Of a stretch of 39,651 nt of DNA, positions 21,689 to 33,337 are shown piece by piece (the stretch's first letter is position 1; each line of letters starts with the position of its first letter). The notes under the pieces are model-generated. The model ran no database searches. It was not told where the DNA came from and saw nothing but the letters and a program-made list of their open reading frames with translations. Origin of the DNA: Synechococcus sp. (GTDB lineage Bacteria > Cyanobacteriota > Cyanobacteriia > Thermostichales > PCC-7336); NCBI GenBank assembly GCA_051439605.1, contig JBFRWN010000060.1, forward strand, positions 1 to 39,651, given 5' to 3'. The translations under genes and the position numbers were made by a program.

Positions 21689-22075
21689 AGCAATTCTCTC
21701 TTCAGAACAAGGTTTAGTCTCTGTTTGAGGCAATATCGAAACCTCATTCTAAAGAGAACGCTCTATTTCAGCCACTAGTTATAGGCTGCCACTCTGAAAC
21801 CGGTTGCAACTAGCTCTCAGAAAGCACAGTTCCGTAGACTCGATCGAAAGCAGGCTTATGGGATTCATTCTGAAACAGAATCAAGTCACATCGCTGCATT
21901 CAGTGACTTTACATAGACAAGCCTTTTGGCTGAAAGCTAATGGGGGCAATGGATTGAAGCTCCTCAAAGCCTAATTTGTCAATTGACTCTCAGTCACTCT
22001 AGTTTTCACCGAAAAAGCCATGAGATCCTTACTTAACAGGTTGGGAATCTTAGCGTCAGCCAACTTGGGATCAGT

Positions 22076-22636
22076 GTGGAGATGTTGAAAAAACGTAAAT
22101 CGCGTTCAAGCAGAGGAATTACTGCACTGGAGCTAATGGTGTCTGTTGTCGCAGTAGGAACTATTTCAAGTCTAGCAATAGGAGGTTTTAATAATACTCG
22201 TAACTATTTCCTGTCGCGCAGTCTATCAACCCAGATAGAGAGTGCCTTGCAAAAAGCAAAGTTCGAGTCAATCAAGAGAAACCGTGACATTGCGGTATTT
22301 TGGGATTCCTCTAGCAACAGTATTTTGACCGTAGAACAGGACGACAGCAAGAGTTCAAATTGCAATGTAGAAAACATAAATGATACACGGATTGATGAAT
22401 TGTCTGTCGAAAATATTGTCGCTAATGTTAAGGACCTAACAGTTCAGGGGACGCTAGCAACCGGAAGTACGAGTGGAATTGTTTATCGCCCGAACGGTCT
22501 CACGGGAAGCTGCAGTAACTTCGGCGCGATGGGTGCAGGTACGCTAGAAGTCCGATTTTCAAGTCAAATACAGGGAGCGGCTGATTTTAACATCAGTATT
22601 TCTACCGCTGGGCGAATTGAGATCGACTATATCTAA
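22076..22636 (+). CDS. Type IV minor pilin, FimU/GspH-like (operon 1)
   Basis: Basic leader, G|ITALE class III signal peptide, LQKAKFESIKRN, and C-terminal ISTAGRI. Confidence 0.85.
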   Translation: MEMLKKRKSRSSRGITALELMVSVVAVGTISSLAIGGFNNTRNYFLSRSLSTQIESALQKAKFESIKRNRDIAVFWDSSSNSILTVEQDDSKSSNCNVENINDTRIDELSVENIVANVKDLTVQGTLATGSTSGIVYRPNGLTGSCSNFGAMGAGTLEVRFSSQIQGAADFNISISTAGRIEIDYI

Positions 22637-22680
22637 TTCGCTAGATACAAATTTAGTCTTTCTAATTTATAGTATCTATT

Positions 22681-23157
22681 ATGGGTATTTTGAACAATCA
22701 TATAGCTTTTAAAAAGGAAATAATTTTAAATATTAATCCTGGATTCAATAGCTACTTGCCTTTCCAAGATTCAGGATTTTCACTCATAGAGGTCATTTCG
22801 GCAGTTGCAATGATCGGAGTGACATCTGTTGCCTCATTAACAATTATGAGAAACGTCCTTCAAACAACGGATAAAGCCACCGATGATGGCGGGGGGATTA
22901 CCCTTGCCATTGAAGAAATTGAGCGGCAACGCTCCCGTTTATTACCATCAGCAACGTCTGTTACACAGGATATTGGTGAATTTAAGCGCGAAGTGACTGT
23001 AAATGGTTGTAGTTTTTTCGGAAATCAGTTGCAGTGTATTGACGGTAGTAGCTGCACAACGGCCAATGAAGTCTGTGAAGTTATTGTTGATGTTACTCAC
23101 CTTCAAAATGGTGAATTAACCTCATTCAGAACGATTAAAGTTACAGAAGAACTATGA
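22681..23157 (+). CDS. Type IV minor pilin, PilV-like (operon 1)
   Basis: G|FSLIEV prepilin motif; small protein with several Cys. Confidence 0.85.
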   Translation: MGILNNHIAFKKEIILNINPGFNSYLPFQDSGFSLIEVISAVAMIGVTSVASLTIMRNVLQTTDKATDDGGGITLAIEEIERQRSRLLPSATSVTQDIGEFKREVTVNGCSFFGNQLQCIDGSSCTTANEVCEVIVDVTHLQNGELTSFRTIKVTEEL

Positions 23158-24608
23158 AATATTCATCCCGCGGCATTACTTTCATAGAAATACTCATTGC
23201 AATCGCAATGTCGGTTGGCTTAATGGTTTTTCTATCAAGAGTTTTGCTAAGTTCGTTACGGGTAGATAGAACAAATGCTGCTGTTACTGAAACCAGTCAG
23301 AATGCAGAGAGTGCCGCTGGATTATTTCTGATCGATCTAAAAGATGCGGGCTATCGTGGAGGCGACGACAACTCTTTTGTTACCTGTTCTCCTAGCTGTT
23401 CTCCCAGTTCAACTATCACAGGCGATCATTTAGGCAACTTGTACGACATCATTAAGTGGCCTTTTGTTATCAACGCTAGCACGCTATCTGGGGTGGCATT
23501 TACCGGTTTTGTAGATGTGTCTGGCACCGGCGATCCCGTTCCTGTTTTGCTTCACAATGCGGGGACGAACGATACGTTGGCTTTTACTCGAGTGACATCA
23601 ATTTCGGACGATCTGCCGACAGACCCTGACACCTACAATTTGGAGTACGTGTATTACAGTCTCGACTCTTCGGATGTAGAGCTGACCAGGTTGACTCAAG
23701 ATATTGTATGCGACGGCTTGCTGGATCTCTCTACGTCTGGTAGTACTGACTCTAATTCTATATGCACGTTGGACGGAGGAAATGGCGGTAGACAACCCGC
23801 AGTAGATGGTGTCGAATCGCTACATTTTTACTTTAAGCTGCGCACCCTAGACCCAATTTCTGGCAAGCAAATTTATCGAGCGACACCACCGACAACCATC
23901 AGCAGCGTTGCCAGCATCGGTGTATACCTAAGAGCCCGATCGGATATTGAGGATTTCAATTTTACAGACGATGCCACCTATCCAGATCCCGCTTTGTTGC
24001 CAGATGCTGTGTATGCGACTGCTGGCAACAGCACCTATTTAGATATTGACGATTGGTCAGATTTAGGAGTACCGACTGAAGGCCCCTTTAATGACAACTT
24101 CCGTCGAGTCGAAAAGATTCAAGAAATTGCATTGCTAACGGCCCCTGCCTGCAACTTATTACCCATTGCTTGGCCTTCAAGCGGAACTAGCAGTATTGGG
24201 ACCGAATACACTATCCCGAAGGGATCTGCATCTGGAAACTTTGGCTGGGTTTCTTGGGATAACACAACTTCAGGTGGTACACCCGAACTGCTTCAAGCTA
24301 TCAATACCCCTAATTTAGTTAGCAGCACCTACATCAATCCTAATGACACCAGCGATACCAAATTAGATGCTGGAGACGGATTGAGAGGTTTACCCGGAAA
24401 TCGATCTCCAGGAAGCAATGCCCTCGATCAATACCTTGGAATTCCTGTAGTGTTACCAGTGTGGGATACCGTTGCCGGAACGGGTAGCAACGCAGTTTAT
24501 AACGTGACTGGGTTTGCCACAATTTTATTTACTGATGTGAGCTCCAACCAACTCAGCGAAATTAAAGCCCAATATTTAGGAGATGCATCTGTCACTTGTA
24601 CTGCGTAA
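23154..24608 (+). CDS. Type IV minor pilin, PilW-like, with extra C-terminal domain (operon 1)
   Basis: G|ITFIE, DLKDAGYRG, DGVESLHFYF. ATGA overlap with the previous gene. Confidence 0.85.
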   Translation: MKYSSRGITFIEILIAIAMSVGLMVFLSRVLLSSLRVDRTNAAVTETSQNAESAAGLFLIDLKDAGYRGGDDNSFVTCSPSCSPSSTITGDHLGNLYDIIKWPFVINASTLSGVAFTGFVDVSGTGDPVPVLLHNAGTNDTLAFTRVTSISDDLPTDPDTYNLEYVYYSLDSSDVELTRLTQDIVCDGLLDLSTSGSTDSNSICTLDGGNGGRQPAVDGVESLHFYFKLRTLDPISGKQIYRATPPTTISSVASIGVYLRARSDIEDFNFTDDATYPDPALLPDAVYATAGNSTYLDIDDWSDLGVPTEGPFNDNFRRVEKIQEIALLTAPACNLLPIAWPSSGTSSIGTEYTIPKGSASGNFGWVSWDNTTSGGTPELLQAINTPNLVSSTYINPNDTSDTKLDAGDGLRGLPGNRSPGSNALDQYLGIPVVLPVWDTVAGTGSNAVYNVTGFATILFTDVSSNQLSEIKAQYLGDASVTCTA

Positions 24609-24645
24609 TAATAGCTCACTCCGTAAGAAATCAGGGATAGATGTT

Positions 24646-26007
24646 ATGTCTAAAAAGTTGATTCGACATACAGTTAAAAACCTTCACCCTCGCCTACAGC
24701 TTTATGCTGCCTCGAGGGGGTACATCTTAATTGTTTCGATGTCCATTGCCGTCATCGTTTTGTTGATTGGCTTAGGGGCTAGCTTTCTCAGTATGACGAA
24801 CCTAAGCATTGCCCAAAATGTACGTGCGAATGCGGAAGTCAGGTACCTAGCCGAAGCTGCTTTGGATGCCACAATCGCCTACATTCGCACGCAACCCGTG
24901 AGCAGTGCTACCGCTGTTAGTACCACGCTAGTCTCTAATGCCAGTAGCTTAGATTTATCCGATATCGCCCCCCCTTGTCCAAGCAGTAACAACGTATGCA
25001 TTGAGGTCACAGCCAGCATGCTTGGGAGCGGCAGAGACGACCTGATTCAAGTTGAAGCGACGTCGATCGACTCTAGGCGTAATTCAGAATACGATGCCCA
25101 TGCGATTGTACATTTGCGCGAAAGTTCGGGTCCTTTTAGTCCTGACTATACGCTGCTTTCCGATGGTGTCATTACCGTGAATGGCCTCATCGACCTGTCT
25201 GAATCTAGCGCTCCTGCTGGCGATACCAATATTATTCACGGCAACGATGGTTACATCTTGGATGATGACAATACCTTGCCTGTCAATGAAGACGGAAATT
25301 ATGCCGTTAGCGCTGGCACTTCGTACAGTACATGCGATGGAAAAAGTTTTGTAGGCATGAACTGCAGAACTGCCAGTGATGTTGATGTTGCCAGTCTGTT
25401 GCTGACACCTGCTGAGACATTCAACAGTTTACTGGGTTCTACCAGTTATCCAAGTTCATTTGATAACAACAATGTTCGAAATGGCGATCTAGCCAGTGAA
25501 TGTCGCAATGGTGATGTTCTAAGGTATAAAGATTCTTCGATTAACGTCAGCTCGGTAACCTTAGGTGACTGCATCATTGTGCGACAGGCAGGGGGCGATT
25601 TGTCGATTGAGGGTAACACCGCATTTAACGGCACCACGATTGTGGCCAAGGGAAAGATCGAAGTAAAAGATAACGTGACTTTTGCAGATACCACAATCAT
25701 TTCTGACACTACTTCCAGTGGAGATGTAGGCGTAAATTTCAATAGCGACAGCATTGAAGCTTCCAATGCATTAATTATTTCTAATGGAAAAGTAGAGCTT
25801 AACGCTAACTTCTCAACTGCATTAAATGTCGGAATTTACAGTGGGGGAGAGGTAAAGCTTAATGGGAATAGCGGATTTGGTGGCTTCGTTTACTCTCTGG
25901 GAGATATTATTGTCAACGGACAAGCGGCTGTCAGGTCCTCAATAATCAGCACGTTATTAGATTCCGGTTCATCATTTGAATATGATTCTGTGATTAGCCG
26001 CAACTAG
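24646..26007 (+). CDS. PilX-like minor pilin with repetitive beta-rich C-terminus (operon 1)
   Basis: G|YILIV without Glu5, as in PilX/GspK; RYLAEAALD; repeated S/KGxV/IxxxG/N units. Confidence 0.8.
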   Translation: MSKKLIRHTVKNLHPRLQLYAASRGYILIVSMSIAVIVLLIGLGASFLSMTNLSIAQNVRANAEVRYLAEAALDATIAYIRTQPVSSATAVSTTLVSNASSLDLSDIAPPCPSSNNVCIEVTASMLGSGRDDLIQVEATSIDSRRNSEYDAHAIVHLRESSGPFSPDYTLLSDGVITVNGLIDLSESSAPAGDTNIIHGNDGYILDDDNTLPVNEDGNYAVSAGTSYSTCDGKSFVGMNCRTASDVDVASLLLTPAETFNSLLGSTSYPSSFDNNNVRNGDLASECRNGDVLRYKDSSINVSSVTLGDCIIVRQAGGDLSIEGNTAFNGTTIVAKGKIEVKDNVTFADTTIISDTTSSGDVGVNFNSDSIEASNALIISNGKVELNANFSTALNVGIYSGGEVKLNGNSGFGGFVYSLGDIIVNGQAAVRSSIISTLLDSGSSFEYDSVISRN

Positions 26008-26202
26008 TTTTTATCTATTCTATCGATTGACTGTGAACGAACAAGGTTAATTGGCAGAGCGATGCGATCGTGTAAGCCTCTTTCATACCTTTTACTCAAA
26101 CTCTTCCTGACTAGTAGGCTTACCAAGCAATTGACCGCTCAAAGTCCTGCCATGAAAAACTGTAGATTCACCTAAATGTTGTAATGTTTTCCGCAGTCCC
26201 TG

Positions 26203-26277
26203 TTATTTTCACGCAGATAGCCTCCAGGATGCCGGAGGTGAATCCAATGCGCCAGTGTTATCACGTAAATAGCCTCC
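26203..26277 (+). repeat. Imperfect 23-bp direct repeat upstream of operon 2
   Basis: TTATTTTCACGCAGATAGCCTCC (26203-26225) and GTGTTATCACGTAAATAGCCTCC (26255-26277) match at 18 of 23 positions. Confidence 0.5.
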
Positions 26278-26641
26278 CTCTACTCAAATAGAATGGAAAA
26301 AAAGGGATATTCGCAGGGAAAGATATTCACGTTCACTTCATAAAAGGGTTACGGTTTTAACTTTATCTTTATAAATCAGCAACATTTCATTCTCAGCGTC
26401 ACAACCTGCTCAGTCTTGGCACAGATTGAATTACTCAATCGAAGTAAGGGGATCTTGGCCCGCAGGCGGGAGCGATGGATGAGAACTCTAATGCTATAGA
26501 TGCGTGAAATCAATCCTGAAACCCATCGGGGGCTCTATCGCATCTACCAGAAAGGTCGCCATCATCTCCATAAAATCGCTGTCCGGCAGTCTATTCATCT
26601 GTTTATCTACCCCTTATTTCAACGCTAACAGGCCACTAGTT

Positions 26642-27160
26642 ATGTTGAATGCTAACAGTCGAAACCGTTTACCTCTCTCCATCAAATCGCTCCCCATCCG
26701 CAAAAATGGATTCACGGTCATAGAGATACTAGCGGTTACAGCGATCGCTGCAATTACGACCGCACTGACGGCGTCCTATCTAAGGTCACTCGAAAATCCT
26801 TTGGAATCTTCCACTAGAGAGATGACAGGTCTCTTTAAATTGGCCCGCGCTCGAGCAGTCTCTTCAACATCGGCCTATCAAATATTGCCGACCTCTAGCA
26901 ACCAGATCGTGGCTCAATATGCAAACACTTGCGATGACACCGTATGGACCAATGACGTTCAACTGGGGTTAGAGTTAGACGATCCAATTAGTGTCACTAC
27001 AGGCTGGTCGGTCTGCATTAATAGCAGAGGCACAGTCAGTACGATGCCCACTTCGGACATTATTATCAATAGCTCGGCGGATAGTGGGGGATCGGCAGAA
27101 CTTGTTGTCTATCTAGGGGGGTTGGTGGAAGCAGAATATACCTACAGCGATTCCCCTTAA
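26642..27160 (+). CDS. Type IV minor pilin, FimU-like (operon 2)
   Basis: G|FTVIEIL, KLARARAVSSTSAY, WSVCINSRG, VYLGG. The ORF is open from 26504; the ATG at 26642 is preferred. Confidence 0.85.
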   Translation: MLNANSRNRLPLSIKSLPIRKNGFTVIEILAVTAIAAITTALTASYLRSLENPLESSTREMTGLFKLARARAVSSTSAYQILPTSSNQIVAQYANTCDDTVWTNDVQLGLELDDPISVTTGWSVCINSRGTVSTMPTSDIIINSSADSGGSAELVVYLGGLVEAEYTYSDSP

Positions 27161-27355
27161 GAAGAGGACGAACATCCAACCCAGCTTGAGCGGGTTGGGG
27201 CAAAGTTTTGGCAATCTCCAAGTTCAATTCATCTATAGCTTTATCAATAGCAGAAATGTCGGAATCCAACCATGCTGGAATCTTTTCTCCTTATGTAAAT
27301 GACAATCGAGCTTCAGTTGAATTTCCACTCTTGAGCATTAATAGGCAATTCCATC

Positions 27356-27841
27356 ATGCTTACTAACCTTGAAACCCAGCAATCTTCTCTTTCCCCAAGA
27401 AAAGATAGCCGTGGTTATAGCCTGTTAGAAGTCGTTGCAGCCACTTTCATCATGCTATTGACCTTTGCAGGAGTATCCAATGGGTTTCTAACATTTGCCC
27501 TGCAAAACCGGGGATCGTCACAATCAGGAGAATCAATTAATGTCGCGCAAACAGTTCTGGATCGATTGCGCCTTTTGACAGTTTCAACTCTACCCGATGG
27601 TGGCAATCAGCAAATTTGTAATCCAGATACTAACTACACCTGTGTCACTTACGATAGTGCCCTCGAACAAGCGGGCTCGGTTATCGTCACTTACTGTCCA
27701 AATATCACTCCGAGTTATTGCGACGTTAGCCAGCCCACAACCAGACACATTTTGGTCGATGTATTAGGGAATGTTGGCAATGGAGGTATCGATGTCGTCT
27801 TTACCGCTGAAACTGTCTTTACCGAACTCAGGGACTTATAA
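27356..27841 (+). CDS. Type IV minor pilin, PilV-like (operon 2)
   Basis: G|YSLLEV, VTYCP...RHI.VDV, ETVFTEL. Confidence 0.85.
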   Translation: MLTNLETQQSSLSPRKDSRGYSLLEVVAATFIMLLTFAGVSNGFLTFALQNRGSSQSGESINVAQTVLDRLRLLTVSTLPDGGNQQICNPDTNYTCVTYDSALEQAGSVIVTYCPNITPSYCDVSQPTTRHILVDVLGNVGNGGIDVVFTAETVFTELRDL

Positions 27842-27918
27842 GGAATTATCCCGGCGGTACCCCTTCCTGGATTGATGCTTCCTTCTAGATTTATGCTCTA
27901 TCGTTATTGTAAAAGGCC

Positions 27919-28911
27919 GTGAAGTTTCTGAATCCCATCATCTCCGTTAATCCAAATACTGCTTGGCAAAGAGGTTTTTCTCTGGCTGAATTATTAGTCA
28001 CGATTGCAGTTGGAACGGCAACCATTGGAATTGCCTTTACTGTTGCCTTCAACAATCGAAATCTCTACATTAAAGACAACGCCAGGACAAATACCAGCCA
28101 GAATCTTCGTGTAGCCATGGATACGATAGGTTCGGATATTCGTCAGGCCGGCGAGTATATTACCAACCGAAATTTTCCCGTCATAATCCTGGAGAACGAT
28201 GCGGCAGGGGATACGCTTGTTGTCCGTCGTGGCTTGGAAGAAACGATTCTGCCGGTATGCTCTGATGTCTCTGGCAGTAACACTAGTATTTCGATCGCGC
28301 TCCCTAGCCCAGTTAACGAACAATGCAGTCGAGTGGGTCGCGATACAGACCCCACTGAAATATGGCCGGATAACATCTATAACTGGCAAACCCTGCGCAC
28401 GGGACAAACCGGACAGCAAGGTTGGGCTTTCATTTTTGATTTCGACAACAGCCCCACTGACGGGGAATTTTTCACGTATTCCGGCGAAAGCCGGGTACCC
28501 GAATCTACTCCTGCGGATCCCGACACCCCCTCCACTTACTCCGTAACCCGCACCGCTGGAGCTTGGAGCAATTCATATTCGACTGGAGGGGCCAATCTTC
28601 CATCCCTCACTTTGTTAGAAGAAAGACGCTTTTCTCTCGATGGTGACGGGAATCTCGTTCTGGAAACGATAGATTTTACCACTCAAACTGGCGCTCAATT
28701 TTTGGTGAATGGTGTCACCCACTTTCAAGTGACAGTCACAATGCAAGATGGCACTGTCTTAACTCAGTTTCAACCCGGAGATGATTGGTCGCAGATTGCC
28801 TCTATCGATGTCAGCCTTTCCGGTGAGACATTTTATTCGGCCACCGAGTCGATCGATCAGACCTTAACGTCTAGTTTTCTGCCCAGAAACGTTCTGTCAT
28901 TCACTCAATGA
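27919..28911 (+). CDS. Type IV minor pilin, PilW-like (operon 2)
   Basis: G|FSLAELL, QNLR...DIRQAGE, FLPRNVLS. Confidence 0.87.
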   Translation: MKFLNPIISVNPNTAWQRGFSLAELLVTIAVGTATIGIAFTVAFNNRNLYIKDNARTNTSQNLRVAMDTIGSDIRQAGEYITNRNFPVIILENDAAGDTLVVRRGLEETILPVCSDVSGSNTSISIALPSPVNEQCSRVGRDTDPTEIWPDNIYNWQTLRTGQTGQQGWAFIFDFDNSPTDGEFFTYSGESRVPESTPADPDTPSTYSVTRTAGAWSNSYSTGGANLPSLTLLEERRFSLDGDGNLVLETIDFTTQTGAQFLVNGVTHFQVTVTMQDGTVLTQFQPGDDWSQIASIDVSLSGETFYSATESIDQTLTSSFLPRNVLSFTQ

Positions 28912-28993
28912 TGATTGATGGGGTTGAACTTTAACCCGAACAGAATCGCTGAATTGACTTCCACGCACCCTCTAAAAAAACAAAGATATAGTC

Positions 28994-30964
28994 ATGAAAT
29001 CCACGCGAAACCCTCCCGAAAGCCTACAGTATTTGCTCTCCAATCTTATTCGGTTGAGGCGACGAGAGCGCGGTTTTGTCTTAGTTTTAGCGGTCAGCGT
29101 TTCAGTTATCCTTTCGGCGATTCTGGCGACCTATGCGGTGATGACGAGATACGAATCGCTGATGGCCGCTAGTTCCGAAGCCGTATCTGAAGGTTTTTTT
29201 ACTGCCGAAGCGGGTTTGAATATTCGAGCAGATGATATTCGAGCCCTATTTAACGATTTCAATACCCCTAGCGGAACGTCTCCTGACATCAGCGATGGCT
29301 CTTTACCCTGTATGAATGGCAATACCGGTACTGGAGATTTTCAATGTCTTACGTATAATTTCCAAGACTTTACTGTCGATACCGGCCTTGCCTTCCTGGA
29401 AACAACCAATGTCACTATCCCCGATGGCGATCCGTTCGAAGGTCTCGACGCGCAAGAATTTCGCTACATTTCCTCGGCGACATCCTACCGATTGGATCCC
29501 AATCAACCCCAAGCCATTCTGGGGATGATTTTTCGCAATCGTCGAGTACCCATGTTTCAGTTCATGGCGTTCTACGACAAAGATCTCGAGATTACTCCTG
29601 GCTCCGATATGACCCTGAATGGCCCCATCCATTCCAATGGAAATGCTTTTCTGAACGCCCAGGGAGGAGATACTTTAACACTTGAAGGCCAACTCACCAT
29701 CGGAACCTACAACGGAGTAGAGTCCGATCTGTATAGAGGCCGCAAGCACAACTTCAACTGCAACAATAATTCGGTTGATATCGCAACCAATGCCGATGCT
29801 AGTAGCTTTGCATCCCTGCCTTGTAACAGTCATACCCCCTTCACCGAAGCCGATCTCACAGCCTTTAACGATCGCGTTCAGCTAGGTCTAGAAGAATTGG
29901 ATATCCCTCCTGCTGAAACGTTTGAAGTGGGAGTGGGCAACACCTATTTCGATAACGCCGACCTGATCGTTGTCCTAGATTTGTTCGGAACACCTTCTAT
30001 TGAAGTCAGAGATCCTACTGGTTCAGCAGGGTCTAACGGAACAATTAATACAACCCTGACCGCTCTGTTTAACGTGGGTGGCTCTTGTAACGCAGCAATT
30101 ACCCATGCGGACGAAACGTTTTACAACCTGCGAGAGGATGCTGCGATCGAGATGCTCGACATCGATATGCAAGCGTTACTCAATTGCATCGACAGCAACA
30201 GTGCCAGCTTTGGGTTCGAGCTCGATGACAACACGCAGGATGGCTTAGTTTTTTACTTCTCTGTCTTAGGTGCTCAGTCGGGTGTTGCCAATAACTACGG
30301 TGTCAGACTGAGAAACGGCGATACACTGCACAGTACCAATGCTGGCGCGCCTACCCCAGAAGGATTGACGGTCGTGACCGACCAGGCTGCTTACATCCAA
30401 GGGGACTACAACTCCCCAGCCAGCGCCAGTGACTGGGTGCCTGCTGCAGTAATCTCCGACTCCTTTAACGTTCTGTCAAATGCCTGGAGTGACTTCGAAA
30501 ACGATGGAGACGGGATTAACGATTCTGGAGGTGGCCTAGCTTGCACAAATGACACCGATGCTGCTTGCCCTTGGGAAGAACGCATGGCAACCAATACAGA
30601 CATCAATGTAGCGGTGCTAACGGGGACCACGAGCACGGGGGGTGGCGAAGGAGGGATCGACACCGGCACCTACAACGGCGGTATGCACAATCTGCCCAGA
30701 TTCCACGAAGTTTGGGACAGCGGCAGCAATACCGCACAAACCGATGCCACCCTAACCCTGTTGACGTCGTTTGTCAGCTTAAAACAACCCGACCACGTGG
30801 ATGGGACATGGAAGCAAACTCAGGGGTCTCTCTGGTACTACCAACAACCGATTCGGAACTGGTCCTTCGAAACCAGATTTAGAGACCCCGAACAACTGCC
30901 TCCCATGACCCCTTCGGTGTCTTATCTGAGGCAGGAGCTATTTGTCCGCAATCGCGAACAATAG
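28994..30964 (+). CDS. Large PilX-like minor pilin (operon 2)
   Basis: G|FVLVL without Glu5, FTAEAGLN, FQFMAFYDKDLEI, YNGGMHNLPRFHEVW. Confidence 0.85.
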   Translation: MKSTRNPPESLQYLLSNLIRLRRRERGFVLVLAVSVSVILSAILATYAVMTRYESLMAASSEAVSEGFFTAEAGLNIRADDIRALFNDFNTPSGTSPDISDGSLPCMNGNTGTGDFQCLTYNFQDFTVDTGLAFLETTNVTIPDGDPFEGLDAQEFRYISSATSYRLDPNQPQAILGMIFRNRRVPMFQFMAFYDKDLEITPGSDMTLNGPIHSNGNAFLNAQGGDTLTLEGQLTIGTYNGVESDLYRGRKHNFNCNNNSVDIATNADASSFASLPCNSHTPFTEADLTAFNDRVQLGLEELDIPPAETFEVGVGNTYFDNADLIVVLDLFGTPSIEVRDPTGSAGSNGTINTTLTALFNVGGSCNAAITHADETFYNLREDAAIEMLDIDMQALLNCIDSNSASFGFELDDNTQDGLVFYFSVLGAQSGVANNYGVRLRNGDTLHSTNAGAPTPEGLTVVTDQAAYIQGDYNSPASASDWVPAAVISDSFNVLSNAWSDFENDGDGINDSGGGLACTNDTDAACPWEERMATNTDINVAVLTGTTSTGGGEGGIDTGTYNGGMHNLPRFHEVWDSGSNTAQTDATLTLLTSFVSLKQPDHVDGTWKQTQGSLWYYQQPIRNWSFETRFRDPEQLPPMTPSVSYLRQELFVRNREQ

Positions 30965-30985
30965 TCATAGCCGTGCCCATCTCAG

Positions 30986-31476
30986 TTAGTACTGCATCCA
31001 TGGAATAGAGCAAGTCTGCCCCCGTCACTCGTACTGTGTTACTTGGGCAAATGCTATCCGGTTAACCCTTATAAACCAGTTGTCGATCGCAATCGAACAA
31101 AAAAATCTTGGGTACAGGCAGTTGTGAAGTCCATGGGCACGGTCTGAGATTCGTCATAGCAACCATGAAAGCTCCACCCTAGGGATATGGCCATCTTTCG
31201 AAACCGTTCGGTTGCATCTGCCGGATAGTGCTCTACAACGTTGGAGGAATTAGCAACGATTGAGCGGCGACTGGCATTGTCTTAGCCTATCCGAGTTAGC
31301 TCTAACCTGTACGTCTTTGACAAACTGGCAGCGGCAACAGATGAGCACAACTAACAGTGGGCGATCGCTAAGCAATTCATCTGATATCAGCAAACCACTG
31401 CTCATCACGTCTTACAGCTGGAAGCTGTGGACTAAGGTCCTCAGTGGCAGCATATGGTGAAAGGGGTCAAGCTCAC
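30986..31476 (-). pseudogene. Decayed, 3'-truncated duplicate of the thioredoxin-family gene at 21110-21688
   Basis: Colinear with 21199-21688; shared blocks include GGGTACAGGCAG, TTCGTCATAGCAA, TCGAAACCGTTC and GCTCATCACGTCTT. CAA>TAA stops at 31412-14, 31282-84 and 31062-64, a +2 indel near the start, and ICCHCP changed to ICCRCQ. Confidence 0.95.
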
Positions 31477-31819
31477 TGCAACATGCTCTTTGGCGCATAT
31501 CCACCATGCTTTGTTCACAAATCGAACCATTGGCGAAGCTTGGGGCTCGTGGAATTTATTTCGTTTAAAACCATCAAATTCCGCCGGGCAAATTACTCGG
31601 CATGCCACAGATCAATTCATCTCGCACAGTTCTGCAAAGGTTTAAATGCATATTTGCAAGACTCATTGAGGTAACCCATTCAATTTAATCTCAGTGTTTT
31701 TACGTAAGCTGCCGCAGAATTTGTAGATTTTTTTTGGCGAATGATAGGGGCTTTGCGGGAAAACTTCAACTGTACCTACTTAAGTAGTGACCTCTTTTCT
31801 AAAGGATTCACCACTGTAG

Positions 31820-33274
<1,455 letters not shown>

Positions 33275-33337
33275 GTTGACCTTTAGAGGTAGAAACCTCT
33301 GTTGTCTTTAGCCTTTAGAAATGGAGCTGAACGAACA

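Noticed and set aside
26008..26503. A second thioredoxin remnant between operons 1 and 2
   Set aside because: No similarity to 21110-21688 was visible.
26565..26691. 16-bp near-repeat TCTCCATMAAATCGCT at 26565 and 26676
   Set aside because: Only two copies and no supporting structure; likely a local micro-duplication or chance.
31260..31674. Short + strand ORFs between operons 2 and 3
   Set aside because: They lie antisense to the thioredoxin pseudogene or in promoter sequence.
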